Part shown: one piece after another, positions 28,014-37,207 of the stretch
Layout: the number at the start of each line of letters is the position of its first letter
How positions within the stretch are numbered: position 1 is the stretch's first letter
Origin: Candidatus Micrarchaeota archaeon
GTDB taxonomy: Archaea; Micrarchaeota; Micrarchaeia; Anstonellales; Bilamarchaeaceae
NCBI GenBank assembly: GCA_043821365.1
Contig: JBDRCX010000002.1
Location: forward strand, 96,001 to 160,000
Direction: 5' to 3'
DNA length: 64,000 nt
The notes under the pieces: model-generated
Database searches by the model: none
What the model saw: the letters and a program-made list of their open reading frames with translations, nothing else
Told to the model about the DNA's origin: nothing
Made by a program: the position numbers and the translations under genes

Positions 28014-29324
28014 TTATTTACACAAACTTTTTGCGTAATCTATCTCACTTCGAAATCTTTTTGAGAAATATAAAGCCAAATAATTTGCCAAATCATCGCT
28101 CATAGTTTCTCCCTGAACGTATCCATTCTTTACTGCAAGTTCTATTATCTCATCAGATACCGTTTTCTTTTCTTTTAATATCTTCCTTATTGGGATCAGG
28201 AATTTTGATTTCTTTGATCTTGGACTTATCTTATCTACTAAACTAAGCAATCTTTTGCAATAAGTGTAAACTGTTTCCGAATCCAATCCGCTTGTTGTTG
28301 CCAAATATTCAAGATGCTTTACATGGCTATGTGGGGGGAGATATATTATGTCATCTTCCAGTAAAAAGGGTTCACTCATACCAAGGTCAGATGGCAGAGT
28401 ACTGTATTTTTCATTTTCTATTGCCTCTAGTGCATATCTCATCAATGCAGTTAAAGCAAGTGTGTATGTTGGATAATTCATATCAGGACCCCGGTATTCA
28501 AAAGTCCCTATCTTATTCACTCTTACTGGTCCCCACATAAATTTAAGTGCCGGAACCCCCATCACATCAACCAAATGTTTGAATTTTCTTTTTTGGAGCA
28601 GTCTGATCCATTCTGTTTTCCTTCTATCAGCCATAACTCGTAGATCATTTAATGTAAATTCATAGTTTGGTAATGCCCCAAATATTGGGAGATAGTAATG
28701 TATGCCATTTATTTTACTATAATCATTCAATGCAAAATCCCTGTAGACTAAAATCCTACAATCTTTTGCATATTGTTTTCCCTGCCAAAATGGTGATGAT
28801 TGGCAAAGTCCAATACCAATGGGGTCCATTGCTATTAGAAAATTATATTGATTTAGAAAAACTTCTTTAGCATGAGAATGTTTTGACATGATTATCTTTT
28901 CTTCCTTTACTATTCTCTCTGGCAATTCATAATGAATGTGATATCCGCAAATACTTGCTTCTTTCAGTACCCCACTTCCAAGTACCATTTTTTTTGCACG
29001 GTACCAGGTATTATCATTTAATTCTGGAGCTGTTTTTCCAGGATAGGTTGCCAATGGTAATAATTTGTAAGAATGTTTTTCGCTTATGTCAACTAATTTT
29101 TCCAATCTATCAAAGAAAGAAATTGCAGTTTCCTTTACATTTTCTTTTGCATCTGCTCCTATCTCTACCATAATTTTTGATATTTCTTTTCTTGCATGGG
29201 TATATCCTTCTTTTTCTAATATTTTGAAAAGTTCGTTTGCTTTATTGGCTGGGCTACCATGTTCATCAAGAAGAAAGAATTCCATCTCCCAGCCTACTCT
29301 GGCTGTTCTAAGTATTGATGTCAT
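28014..29324 (-). CDS. Glutamate--cysteine ligase family 2 / carboxylate-amine ligase (GCS2, YbdK-like)
   Basis: GWEMEFFLLD, MVEI, CGYHIHY, SSPFWQG, TFEYRGPD. Confidence 0.8.
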   Translation of the reverse strand: MTSILRTARVGWEMEFFLLDEHGSPANKANELFKILEKEGYTHARKEISKIMVEIGADAKENVKETAISFFDRLEKLVDISEKHSYKLLPLATYPGKTAPELNDNTWYRAKKMVLGSGVLKEASICGYHIHYELPERIVKEEKIIMSKHSHAKEVFLNQYNFLIAMDPIGIGLCQSSPFWQGKQYAKDCRILVYRDFALNDYSKINGIHYYLPIFGALPNYEFTLNDLRVMADRRKTEWIRLLQKRKFKHLVDVMGVPALKFMWGPVRVNKIGTFEYRGPDMNYPTYTLALTALMRYALEAIENEKYSTLPSDLGMSEPFLLEDDIIYLPPHSHVKHLEYLATTSGLDSETVYTYCKRLLSLVDKISPRSKKSKFLIPIRKILKEKKTVSDEIIELAVKNGYVQGETMSDDLANYLALYFSKRFRSEIDYAKSLCK

Positions 29325-29391
29325 CTAGCCAAACACCCAGTTCTCAGCATATTTCATACAACTATGATTCTGCGTACAAATAAAAACAACT

Positions 29392-29435
29392 CTGTTCCAC
29401 AATCGTAGATTGACCCATCGATGATAGTGGAACAG
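29392..29435. other. Long imperfect hairpin in divergent intergenic region
   Basis: CTGTTCCAC/GTGGAACAG outer stem plus ATCGTAGAT/ATCGATGAT inner stem, 6-nt loop. Confidence 0.5.
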
Positions 29436-29487
29436 CGTAATTTAAATAATTAATAACTATATTGGTATCTAGGAGGAACATCATCTT

Positions 29488-29709
29488 ATGCGGAATAGTC
29501 GAAAAACTATAACGATTTTTGAGAAAGATAGAATTGGGCTTGTTACTGAAATTGTGAATATGCTAGAGCGAGAAAGAGTAAAAGTTGATTTTGTTGAAGC
29601 TGATCTTGTTGAAGATAAAGCTAAGATCACATTGGGAATCTCTAATTTTGCAAAAGCAAAAAAATTGCTTGTTAGTGCAGGCTATGCAGTGGTTACTGAT
29701 AAGAGATAA
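29488..29709 (+). CDS. Stand-alone ACT-domain protein
   Basis: ITIFEKDRIGLVTEIVNML...AKKLLVSAGY pattern; AGGAGG upstream. Confidence 0.8.
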   Translation: MRNSRKTITIFEKDRIGLVTEIVNMLERERVKVDFVEADLVEDKAKITLGISNFAKAKKLLVSAGYAVVTDKR

Positions 29710-29711
29710 CT

Positions 29712-29831
29712 TTACTTTCGTTCTTTGGTTGCATTTCTAAGTACCTTTCTTTGATTTTCAATTTGGGCTTTGTTTTTGTTGAAAATCTTTTTACTTTTCA
29801 TGTGTCTGATGTGACTTGCAGGAACTTTCAT
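29712..29831 (-). CDS. Small basic protein (39 aa), not in ORF track
   Basis: MKVPASHIRHMKSKKIFNKNKAQIENQRKVLRNATKERK*; GGGTGA SD 4 nt before ATG. Confidence 0.6.
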   Translation of the reverse strand: MKVPASHIRHMKSKKIFNKNKAQIENQRKVLRNATKERK

Positions 29832-29884
29832 TATTTCACCCAGTATATGTTAATCAATGATTGCATAAAAATAGAGCGCCTTAT

Positions 29885-30021
29885 TTTTGATCGACGTTTC
29901 GATCAAAACAGTCGTTCCGGCGGTGTTCACAGCGAGCACTCCGAGTGCGAGCTCAGTGAACAAAAACGCCTTGTCCATGAACTTCGTTCATGACAGTCGA
30001 AATTTTTCAGAAAAAATTTCG
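29885..30021. repeat. Cluster of four tandem short palindromes downstream of tRNA-Asp
   Basis: IRs at 29885-29908, 29924-29962, 29972-29995 and 29998-30021. Confidence 0.7.
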
Positions 30022-30133
30022 CCTTGGCCGGGATTCGAACCCGGGTCGCAAGAGTGACAGTCTTGTATGCTAACCATTGAACGCTAAATGCGTTCAAATA
30101 TTGAACGCATTCAATGCTCTACACTACCAAGGC
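30020..30133 (-). tRNA. tRNA-Asp(GTC) with 42-nt non-canonical D-loop intron (30076-30117); no encoded CCA
   Basis: Acceptor GCCTTGG/CCAAGGC, anticodon arm CAAGA-CTGTCAC-TCTTG, T-loop GTTCGAATC; removing the intron restores D-loop AGAGGTTA. Confidence 0.9.
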
Positions 30134-30305
30134 ATGACAAATCGGAAATTTGTCTATTTAGAAATTTCCTAACTTCTAATGCATAAAAGTAACAGGAATC
30201 TGCTGCCTTAATCTTAAAAAGCATTCGTTTAGTACCAAGTTACTGTTTCCAATGACTATCTTAGTTCTATGAAAGTATAAATACAACTTCGTCTATTAAT
30301 TATAT

Positions 30306-31169
30306 ATGATTGATCTGCACACACACACTACTGCCTCAGACGGTTCCTTTAGTTATGATGAATTGGTTACTAGGTCAAGAATCATTGGTCTAAAAGCAAT
30401 TGCAATAACAGATCATGATACTGTCGCAAATATACTAAACATAAAAAAAACCTCTGGAATAGAGGTTGTTCCTGGTATTGAACTTTCTGTTTTTGATCGT
30501 GAATTAGATTACATGGATGTTCATGTGCTTGGACTTTATATTGATCCAAAAAATAAAACATTAAACGAAAAACTGAAAAAACTTTCACAAGAAAGGGTGA
30601 ATCAGAAAAAGGCAACTGTAGAAAAACTCAATGAATTGGGGTACAAAATAACTTTTGATGAAGTTAAAAAGAAAGCAACTGGGACAGTTGGCCGTCCACA
30701 CATAGCAAAAGTTCTTTTGGAAAAATATCCAAATGATTTTTGTTCTATTTCTGATATTTTTATCAAATTATTAGGGCGCGGTAAATCTGCATACGTTGAG
30801 CGTGATATTGGTTTCCAGTTACATGAAGCAGTGGACCTTATTCATTCTGCCAATGGTTTAGCATTCCTTGCCCATCCATTTGTCTATCCATATGATAGCA
30901 AAAAAATAGTTAACACATTCAAGGAAATGGGTGGGGATGGGTTAGAAACATTTTATGATTATGTAACCAATCGTCCGGAAGTTAAAATCACAGAAAAAGA
31001 AAACATTGCCATGATAGTGCGCGCAGAGCATATGGCTCTTGATCTTAATATGCTTGAATGCGGCGGATCTGATTTTCATGGAGAAAATAAAGGACAAAGG
31101 TTAGGTACTTTTTGCGCACCATATGAAATGCTTGAAATGATAAAGCATGCCAGATTTAGCTATTCCTAG
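30306..31169 (+). CDS. PHP-domain phosphoesterase (TrpH/YciV-like)
   Basis: DLHTHTTASDG, ITDHD, PGIELS, HVLGL, GRPHIA, LAHP, GGSDFHG. Confidence 0.92.
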   Translation: MIDLHTHTTASDGSFSYDELVTRSRIIGLKAIAITDHDTVANILNIKKTSGIEVVPGIELSVFDRELDYMDVHVLGLYIDPKNKTLNEKLKKLSQERVNQKKATVEKLNELGYKITFDEVKKKATGTVGRPHIAKVLLEKYPNDFCSISDIFIKLLGRGKSAYVERDIGFQLHEAVDLIHSANGLAFLAHPFVYPYDSKKIVNTFKEMGGDGLETFYDYVTNRPEVKITEKENIAMIVRAEHMALDLNMLECGGSDFHGENKGQRLGTFCAPYEMLEMIKHARFSYS

Positions 31170-32322
31170 CAACAAAACCAACAATCCTTTCAAATCCTTC
31201 TTGTATTTTTTCAACTGGTGAAAGGAAAACTGCACGGAACCAAAGTCGTTCACATTCTGGTTCTCCCCTGGTAAATCCACTTCCAGGAAGAATATAAACT
31301 GCTTCTTGATCTTGCAGTGCTTTTACAAAATCCGTATCTTTTTCAAAAGCAGAATTGCGTATACCCCACCAAAGATAGAAACCTGCTTGGGGGGTTATTA
31401 ATCGTGTATCTGAAATTGAAGTAACACCATCAATCATTGCGTTTGCCCTAATTTTAAGTTCAGCAATCATTGGTTCAATATGTTCTGTACCATTTTTTAC
31501 AGCAGCAAATGCACCCATTTGTCCTGGTGCGTTTGCACATAGCCTTGTTGTACATCTTTTTACTAATGCAGCTTCCAAGTCTGCTAACTCTGGATTAATG
31601 TTATAAAAAGCTAACCAACCAACCCTATGCCCACACATAAGATACTTCTTTGAAAAACTTTCAAGTTGGATTATAGGAACATCTGATGTCAAATCTCTTA
31701 TCCTTAGTGCAGGTCTATCAAAAGTCAAATCATGATAAACTTCATCAGCAACTATGGCAAGTCCATGCCTTCTTGCAATTTCGATAACTCCTTCTAAAGC
31801 CTTCCTCGAATAAGACATACCAGTTGGATTATTTGGATTTATTACGAGTATGGCAACAGTATTTGGTGTTATCTTTCCTTCTATATCTTGAAGATCTGGG
31901 CCATGCTCAAAATCAACCCTATAGACTTTTGCTTCTTTACCTGCGTATTCATGGCCTTCTAAATATGGTGGAAAACACGGACTTGGCATCAATATGTGCC
32001 CTGGAACCGTTTGAATAAGTTTTTCCATCCCTTCACTTCCACCATTTGTTACAACCACATGATCAGTTCCAGCTTCTTTTTCTTTTATGATATCAACTAA
32101 TGGTCCATATCCTTTTGGTGGGAAATATTCGCCTTTATATCCATTTGCCATTGCAGCTTGTATGTGTGCAGGAGTAGAAAAGTTTCGTGGATCAACTTTT
32201 CCAGGATCACCAAGTGTAAAATTTATTATTTCTCTTCCCGAATGATGAACTGCTGGTGGTGGAAGTACTGCGACCGGTCTACCAAGCATTTCTCTTATAT
32301 GATTTGCAACTAGTTGTCTCAT
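31156..32322 (-). CDS. PLP-dependent aminotransferase class I/II
   Basis: GDPG, TNGGSEG, INPNNPTG, ADEVY, SFSKKYLMCGHRVGW. Confidence 0.9.
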   Translation of the reverse strand: MRQLVANHIREMLGRPVAVLPPPAVHHSGREIINFTLGDPGKVDPRNFSTPAHIQAAMANGYKGEYFPPKGYGPLVDIIKEKEAGTDHVVVTNGGSEGMEKLIQTVPGHILMPSPCFPPYLEGHEYAGKEAKVYRVDFEHGPDLQDIEGKITPNTVAILVINPNNPTGMSYSRKALEGVIEIARRHGLAIVADEVYHDLTFDRPALRIRDLTSDVPIIQLESFSKKYLMCGHRVGWLAFYNINPELADLEAALVKRCTTRLCANAPGQMGAFAAVKNGTEHIEPMIAELKIRANAMIDGVTSISDTRLITPQAGFYLWWGIRNSAFEKDTDFVKALQDQEAVYILPGSGFTRGEPECERLWFRAVFLSPVEKIQEGFERIVGFVARNS

Positions 32323-32403
32323 TGTCTAGTTTAATTACTCACAAATAGATTTAAACCCCACTTTTTTCAATTTAAATGCACATTTATAACTACTCTGACC
32401 CTA

Positions 32404-32766
32404 TTGTTAATAATGCCCATAACAAGGCTAAGTGATTTCAAAGTGCGGCATGGGTTATCACTAACACCATATGAAAAAGCTCATACACCTTTGTTAGATA
32501 GATGCAAAGTTCGATCTGAAGGACCAATTTATCGAGATTCTCCTGTTGCTTTAAATGTTGAAGGAATAGAAAAATGCCATACTGGATGGATGATAAATTG
32601 GGGAATTGGTTTTGGATTTCATGTTTTTCATGATGGCCAAAGAACTAAAAGAAAAGCATCTGCATTAGAAATCCATGAATTTAAAATGGAAATAAGCAGA
32701 GCAGCAAAATCTAATCCTAAAATAAAAAAATTTCTGGATGAAAATCCAGAATTAAAATCAAATTAA
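32404..32766 (+). CDS. Hypothetical protein
   Basis: 120-aa ORF filling the gap; TTG start uncertain. Confidence 0.5.
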   Translation: MLIMPITRLSDFKVRHGLSLTPYEKAHTPLLDRCKVRSEGPIYRDSPVALNVEGIEKCHTGWMINWGIGFGFHVFHDGQRTKRKASALEIHEFKMEISRAAKSNPKIKKFLDENPELKSN

Positions 32767-34406
32767 GATGGTTCAAATCTAATCCTGTATAATCCACCAT
32801 CATTGAAATCAAGGCTGAATTCATAGTCTTCGTCAAAATATTCTATGTCGTCTCCATCCTCTACTTCGTATTCATCACCGTCAATCTCAAAGGTGAAACT
32901 ATCACTTGTTACTTCAACTATCTCAGCCAAAGTTCCAAATATGTAGAACTTTTTACCATCTAGGTTTAGTCCTGATGATTCTGTATCAAGATATGGGTAG
33001 AAATAAGAATCATAGTCGTAGAATAGAAGCTCGTCATCAAGACAACTATTATCTTCAGTCCAATCTACCATTATACCTGTGTAGCTATAATATTGAACTG
33101 CATGATATTCATCTATTGCAACTTCTGCCATTCCATCTCCTTCGTCTACTGATACAAGCTCCACAGTATCTGTATTCTCACCGCAGAAATCATCACCACT
33201 TTCCCCTACATCTAGTGTCTCACTGCATAATTCGTCATCATCTAGAAGTGCTTCATAATCTTCATAGACTAAAAACGTAGTTGAATTTGTTTCAACACTA
33301 TCAACTTTTAGAAACATCTCATCATTTATTTCGACTATTTGGTCTTCATAAAGCACAAGTTCATCATTTTCATCAAAACTTTTGATGTTGTATCGTTTAT
33401 CTTCTTCTTCAAGGTCTTCCTCATCTTTCTGGCATTGTACTTCCTGGCACTCACCATTGTAACATTCATATCCAGATCCGCAATTTATTTTTTCATATGA
33501 AATTGAGGTCTGAGATGCGCAATAATATTCTATCACTTGCGTATCTGAATAACAGCTATCAATTCCAGTTTCAGTGCCATATGTTGTAGTTCCCTTTTCC
33601 ATCTTGTCCTTTCCACCATCAGAGTCAACACAAGTTATCTCTACACATTCTCCACTTGCACATTCATAACCTGAATCACAATCAATTATCTCATTTTTCA
33701 CTGAATTATTCTCACAATAATATTCTTTTACTGCAGAACTGCCAGAACAGCTATCTGATTGGGAAATTGAACCTTTGGTTGCAGTTCCTTTCTCCATCTC
33801 ATCTTTTCCACCATCAGAATCAGCACATGTTGCTTCTTTGCATATTCCGTTTTCGCATATGTTTCCAGCACCACAAGCTATGTTTTCAGATTCTATCTTT
33901 GTATTATTACAATAATACTCTTTCAAAGTATTAGAATCAACACAACTATCTATTGAAGTATTATTAGATTCAATTACAGTTCCTTTTACTCCTATGGTTT
34001 TTCCACCATCAGAATCAGAACATTCTGCTTCCTTACATGCACCATTTTCGCATACATAACCAGTTGGGCAAAAGAATTCTTCTGATTTTGCTGTTTGCAA
34101 CTCACAATATGCCTCACTTACTTTCTGTATGCCTTTACAATTATCAGAAAATACTGATCCGTTGGTTGATGTTGCTACTCCTTTGTTGAATAAATCTTTT
34201 CCACCATCAGTATCAACACAGTTGTTCTGATTTGCACATTCTCCAGTTGCACTTACTTGAACACCAGCTTGTTTTGCCAAACATTCATTTGGGTAAGTGA
34301 TACCATCAGAACCACAAACCGGTACAACCTCATTGGGGCATTTAAGTAGGTTAGTACACCCTGCCAATAAAATCATAATTCCAAACACAAGCATTAATCC
34401 TTTCAT
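32763..34406 (-). CDS. Surface lipoprotein with Kazal domain, four Cys-rich repeats and an acidic C-terminal domain
   Basis: LLAGC lipobox; PVCGSDGITYPNEC Kazal motif; 4x C-x-D[ST]DGGK...KG...D-x-C...E[YA]YC. Confidence 0.85.
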   Translation of the reverse strand: MKGLMLVFGIMILLAGCTNLLKCPNEVVPVCGSDGITYPNECLAKQAGVQVSATGECANQNNCVDTDGGKDLFNKGVATSTNGSVFSDNCKGIQKVSEAYCELQTAKSEEFFCPTGYVCENGACKEAECSDSDGGKTIGVKGTVIESNNTSIDSCVDSNTLKEYYCNNTKIESENIACGAGNICENGICKEATCADSDGGKDEMEKGTATKGSISQSDSCSGSSAVKEYYCENNSVKNEIIDCDSGYECASGECVEITCVDSDGGKDKMEKGTTTYGTETGIDSCYSDTQVIEYYCASQTSISYEKINCGSGYECYNGECQEVQCQKDEEDLEEEDKRYNIKSFDENDELVLYEDQIVEINDEMFLKVDSVETNSTTFLVYEDYEALLDDDELCSETLDVGESGDDFCGENTDTVELVSVDEGDGMAEVAIDEYHAVQYYSYTGIMVDWTEDNSCLDDELLFYDYDSYFYPYLDTESSGLNLDGKKFYIFGTLAEIVEVTSDSFTFEIDGDEYEVEDGDDIEYFDEDYEFSLDFNDGGLYRIRFEPS

Positions 34407-34564
34407 GGGTAGTCCTATTTGTTAAATTTTAAAATAGTTTCCTAATTTTATTTCCAATTTAGGGATGTCATACTTGCCAGAACAAAGGCTTTTTAATAAA
34501 CACATACCTATTATGTTAACTGTTTCTTGTTTAACTTCAGAGCAAATACTGGAGGAAAGTTTCT

Positions 34565-36115
34565 ATGAAGATAAAGAGAGCACTGATCAGTGTCTATAGG
34601 AAAGACGGGATTGTTGAATTTGCTCGTTCATTACAGGAGCTTGGAATTGAAATCATCTCTAGTGGTGGAACTGCAAAAATTCTCTCAGAAAATAAAATCA
34701 AAGTAACAGAAGTCTCAGAGTTTACTAGTTCTCCTGAAATGATGGATGGCAGGGTTAAAACTCTACATCCAAAAATCCATGGCGCCATATTGGCAGATAG
34801 AACCAACAAAAAACATATGCAAGAAGCAAAGAAGCATAATATTCAGTTAATTGACATGGTTGTAGTCAATCTATATCCATTTGAAGACACTGTCAAAAGC
34901 AACAAATCACTCAAAGACATAGTTGAAAATATTGATATTGGTGGTCCAACTCTTCTAAGAGCAGCTGCTAAAAATTATAGGAATGTTGCAGTCATTTGCA
35001 ATCCAAAACATTATTCTTCTGTTATAGATGAAATGAAAAAAGGTGGCGGTTGGCTATCTGAAAAAACATTAGAAAGGTTAGCAATTGATACTTGGGAACA
35101 TGTTTCTCACTATGATGTCTTTATAGAACAGTTTTTTAGAAAAGCATTTGGTTTTAACGACGAATTTCCAGAATATTTAAATCTAACTTTTCATAAAAAG
35201 CAGAATCTTCGTTATGGTGAAAATCCTCATCAAAGATCCTCTGTTTATCGAGATGAGCACTATAGGAACCCATCAATTCTTGATGCTAAACAAATCCAGG
35301 GAAAAGAATTGTCATACAATAATATTATGGATTGTAATGCAGCTTTCAAACTAATTCGGGAATTTGATGAGCCAACAGGAGTTATAATCAAACACAACAA
35401 TCCATGTGGTGTGGCATCAGATCCAGATATACTCCAAGCTTTCAAAATGGCAAAAGCAGTTGATCCAGAGGCGTCTTTTGGTGGGGTAGTTGTATTAAAC
35501 CGTCCAGTTACTGAGGCAATCGCAAAGGAAATTCTGGGTAGATTTGTAGACATAATTATTGCACCCAGATTTGAACAATCAGCACTTGATGTTCTATCTG
35601 CTAAAAAGAATATGCGTGTTATGGAAGTTCCTGGAATTAATACAAAAAGATCTGGTTATAGGAAATATCGTTCTATTCTTGGTGGTCTTCTTGTCCAGGA
35701 TGCTAATGTAAAAATGCTTGATCAGATGAAAGTTGTTACAAAAAGAAAGCCATCAGAAGAAGAAATGAAATCTATGCAGTATGCCTGGAAGATTACAAAA
35801 TATGTAAAATCCAATTCAATTGTTTATGCTCGTCCTAATCGTGCTGTTGGAATTGGCGCTGGACAAATGAAAAGAGTGGACGCAGCCAAACTTGCAGCAA
35901 TGATTGCAAAAGATTATGGTGAAAAACTGAATGGATGTGCCATGGCATCAGATGCATTTTTCCCCTTTAGAGATGGTATTGATTATGCAGCGAAAATCGG
36001 AATTACGGCGATTATTCAACCAGGTGGATCCATCAGAGATAAGGAAGTAATAAAGGCTGCAGATGAGCATGGAATGACAATGGTGTTCACTGGAGTTAGG
36101 CATTTCAGGCACTAA
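34565..36115 (+). CDS. purH: Bifunctional AICAR transformylase/IMP cyclohydrolase
   Basis: RALISV, GRVKTLHPKIHG, ENIDIGGPTL, LRYGENPHQ, KELSYNN, KHNNPCG, ASDAFFPF, GVRHFRH. Confidence 0.97.
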   Translation: MKIKRALISVYRKDGIVEFARSLQELGIEIISSGGTAKILSENKIKVTEVSEFTSSPEMMDGRVKTLHPKIHGAILADRTNKKHMQEAKKHNIQLIDMVVVNLYPFEDTVKSNKSLKDIVENIDIGGPTLLRAAAKNYRNVAVICNPKHYSSVIDEMKKGGGWLSEKTLERLAIDTWEHVSHYDVFIEQFFRKAFGFNDEFPEYLNLTFHKKQNLRYGENPHQRSSVYRDEHYRNPSILDAKQIQGKELSYNNIMDCNAAFKLIREFDEPTGVIIKHNNPCGVASDPDILQAFKMAKAVDPEASFGGVVVLNRPVTEAIAKEILGRFVDIIIAPRFEQSALDVLSAKKNMRVMEVPGINTKRSGYRKYRSILGGLLVQDANVKMLDQMKVVTKRKPSEEEMKSMQYAWKITKYVKSNSIVYARPNRAVGIGAGQMKRVDAAKLAAMIAKDYGEKLNGCAMASDAFFPFRDGIDYAAKIGITAIIQPGGSIRDKEVIKAADEHGMTMVFTGVRHFRH

Positions 36116-36147
36116 CAATTTTAAACATACCTAGACACATTCACATT

Positions 36148-37128
36148 ATGGCTAATAGACTAGTTCATACAAGTGATACTCGGTTAAATCAAAGTACAGC
36201 TGAACGCTTAGCAAAATCTGTGGCAAGAATAGCAGAACAAACCGGATCAAAAAGATTAGAATCATTATCTCTTTCAAATCAATCTACAGTAGCATTAACT
36301 GGTGTGCAAGATCTTAGATTATTCTTTTTAGGTATTGATAATGGGGCAATGGTATATCGAAATAGAAATTTAGATAAAATTCTTCGCCCATTAAAACGTA
36401 TATCCTTTGGTTTGAGGTATGATATTTACGCTACGGACATTCTAACAAGAGATGATGTCGAGAGGTATATATCTGCAGGAAAACTTGATCCATCTACTGT
36501 TCCTGGTTTCTTTTCATCACAGCATGCATTCGCAACTGTTGTTTTTGATAAATGGTCTAATGAATGGTTGGCTCCAACATGGCATTCAATAGGTAGGAAT
36601 CTTGATTCTCTAGCTCCACTTTGGTCTGGGAATACAACAGCAAGGGAACAAGCACCCATCAGTGCAACTCCATTTGATAGTGCTGCAATTGTTAGATCCA
36701 CTGATATTCCATCAGCAATAGCTAAACAAGAACCAACCCGTCTTCGTTTAGGAATTCCAGAATTAATGTTAAGGGTAGAATCCCATCTTGCTAGCGTCCA
36801 TCATTTCACTGTCATCAATTTATCCCCTATTTCTTCAAATAATCCTGCTAATCTTCCTATTGGTAATAATCTCAAATGCGCAGCATCTTTTTCTGATGGT
36901 GCAGTACATCTATCATGGACATCAAATGGCGCTACAAATAATCGGTCTGTTGTAGTTGATACCTATGATAGTAAAAAATCACAATCAATAGGTGATGGTT
37001 ATGACTTATACACTTGGGCAATTTCCATCTCCTCAGATCAGAATACAGATGCCAGATTTCTAATTGTTGTTGGTGTTTTTGATGATAAGAAGCAACCATG
37101 TGCAAGATTTGTTGCTACTGCGAATTAG
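36148..37128 (+). CDS. Hypothetical protein (Arg>Lys orphan)
   Basis: 326-aa ORF with no recognised motif; hand count about 22 R versus 12 K. Confidence 0.6.
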   Translation: MANRLVHTSDTRLNQSTAERLAKSVARIAEQTGSKRLESLSLSNQSTVALTGVQDLRLFFLGIDNGAMVYRNRNLDKILRPLKRISFGLRYDIYATDILTRDDVERYISAGKLDPSTVPGFFSSQHAFATVVFDKWSNEWLAPTWHSIGRNLDSLAPLWSGNTTAREQAPISATPFDSAAIVRSTDIPSAIAKQEPTRLRLGIPELMLRVESHLASVHHFTVINLSPISSNNPANLPIGNNLKCAASFSDGAVHLSWTSNGATNNRSVVVDTYDSKKSQSIGDGYDLYTWAISISSDQNTDARFLIVVGVFDDKKQPCARFVATAN

Positions 37129-37207
37129 TTTTTATTGAATATTAGTAACAAACTGCCAAATCAATTGCCATAGCTCGTTCTACCATAATTCAAATCTTTT
37201 CCTATCA

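Noticed and set aside
29751-29993. 80-aa + strand ORF from the track
   Set aside because: TTG start without SD, runs through palindromes, and overlaps a better-supported minus-strand ORF (29712-29831)
33430-34240. Repeated CCACCATCAG-type DNA motifs considered as a CRISPR array
   Set aside because: They are the coding DSDGG repeats of the surface protein; degenerate and about 186 bp apart
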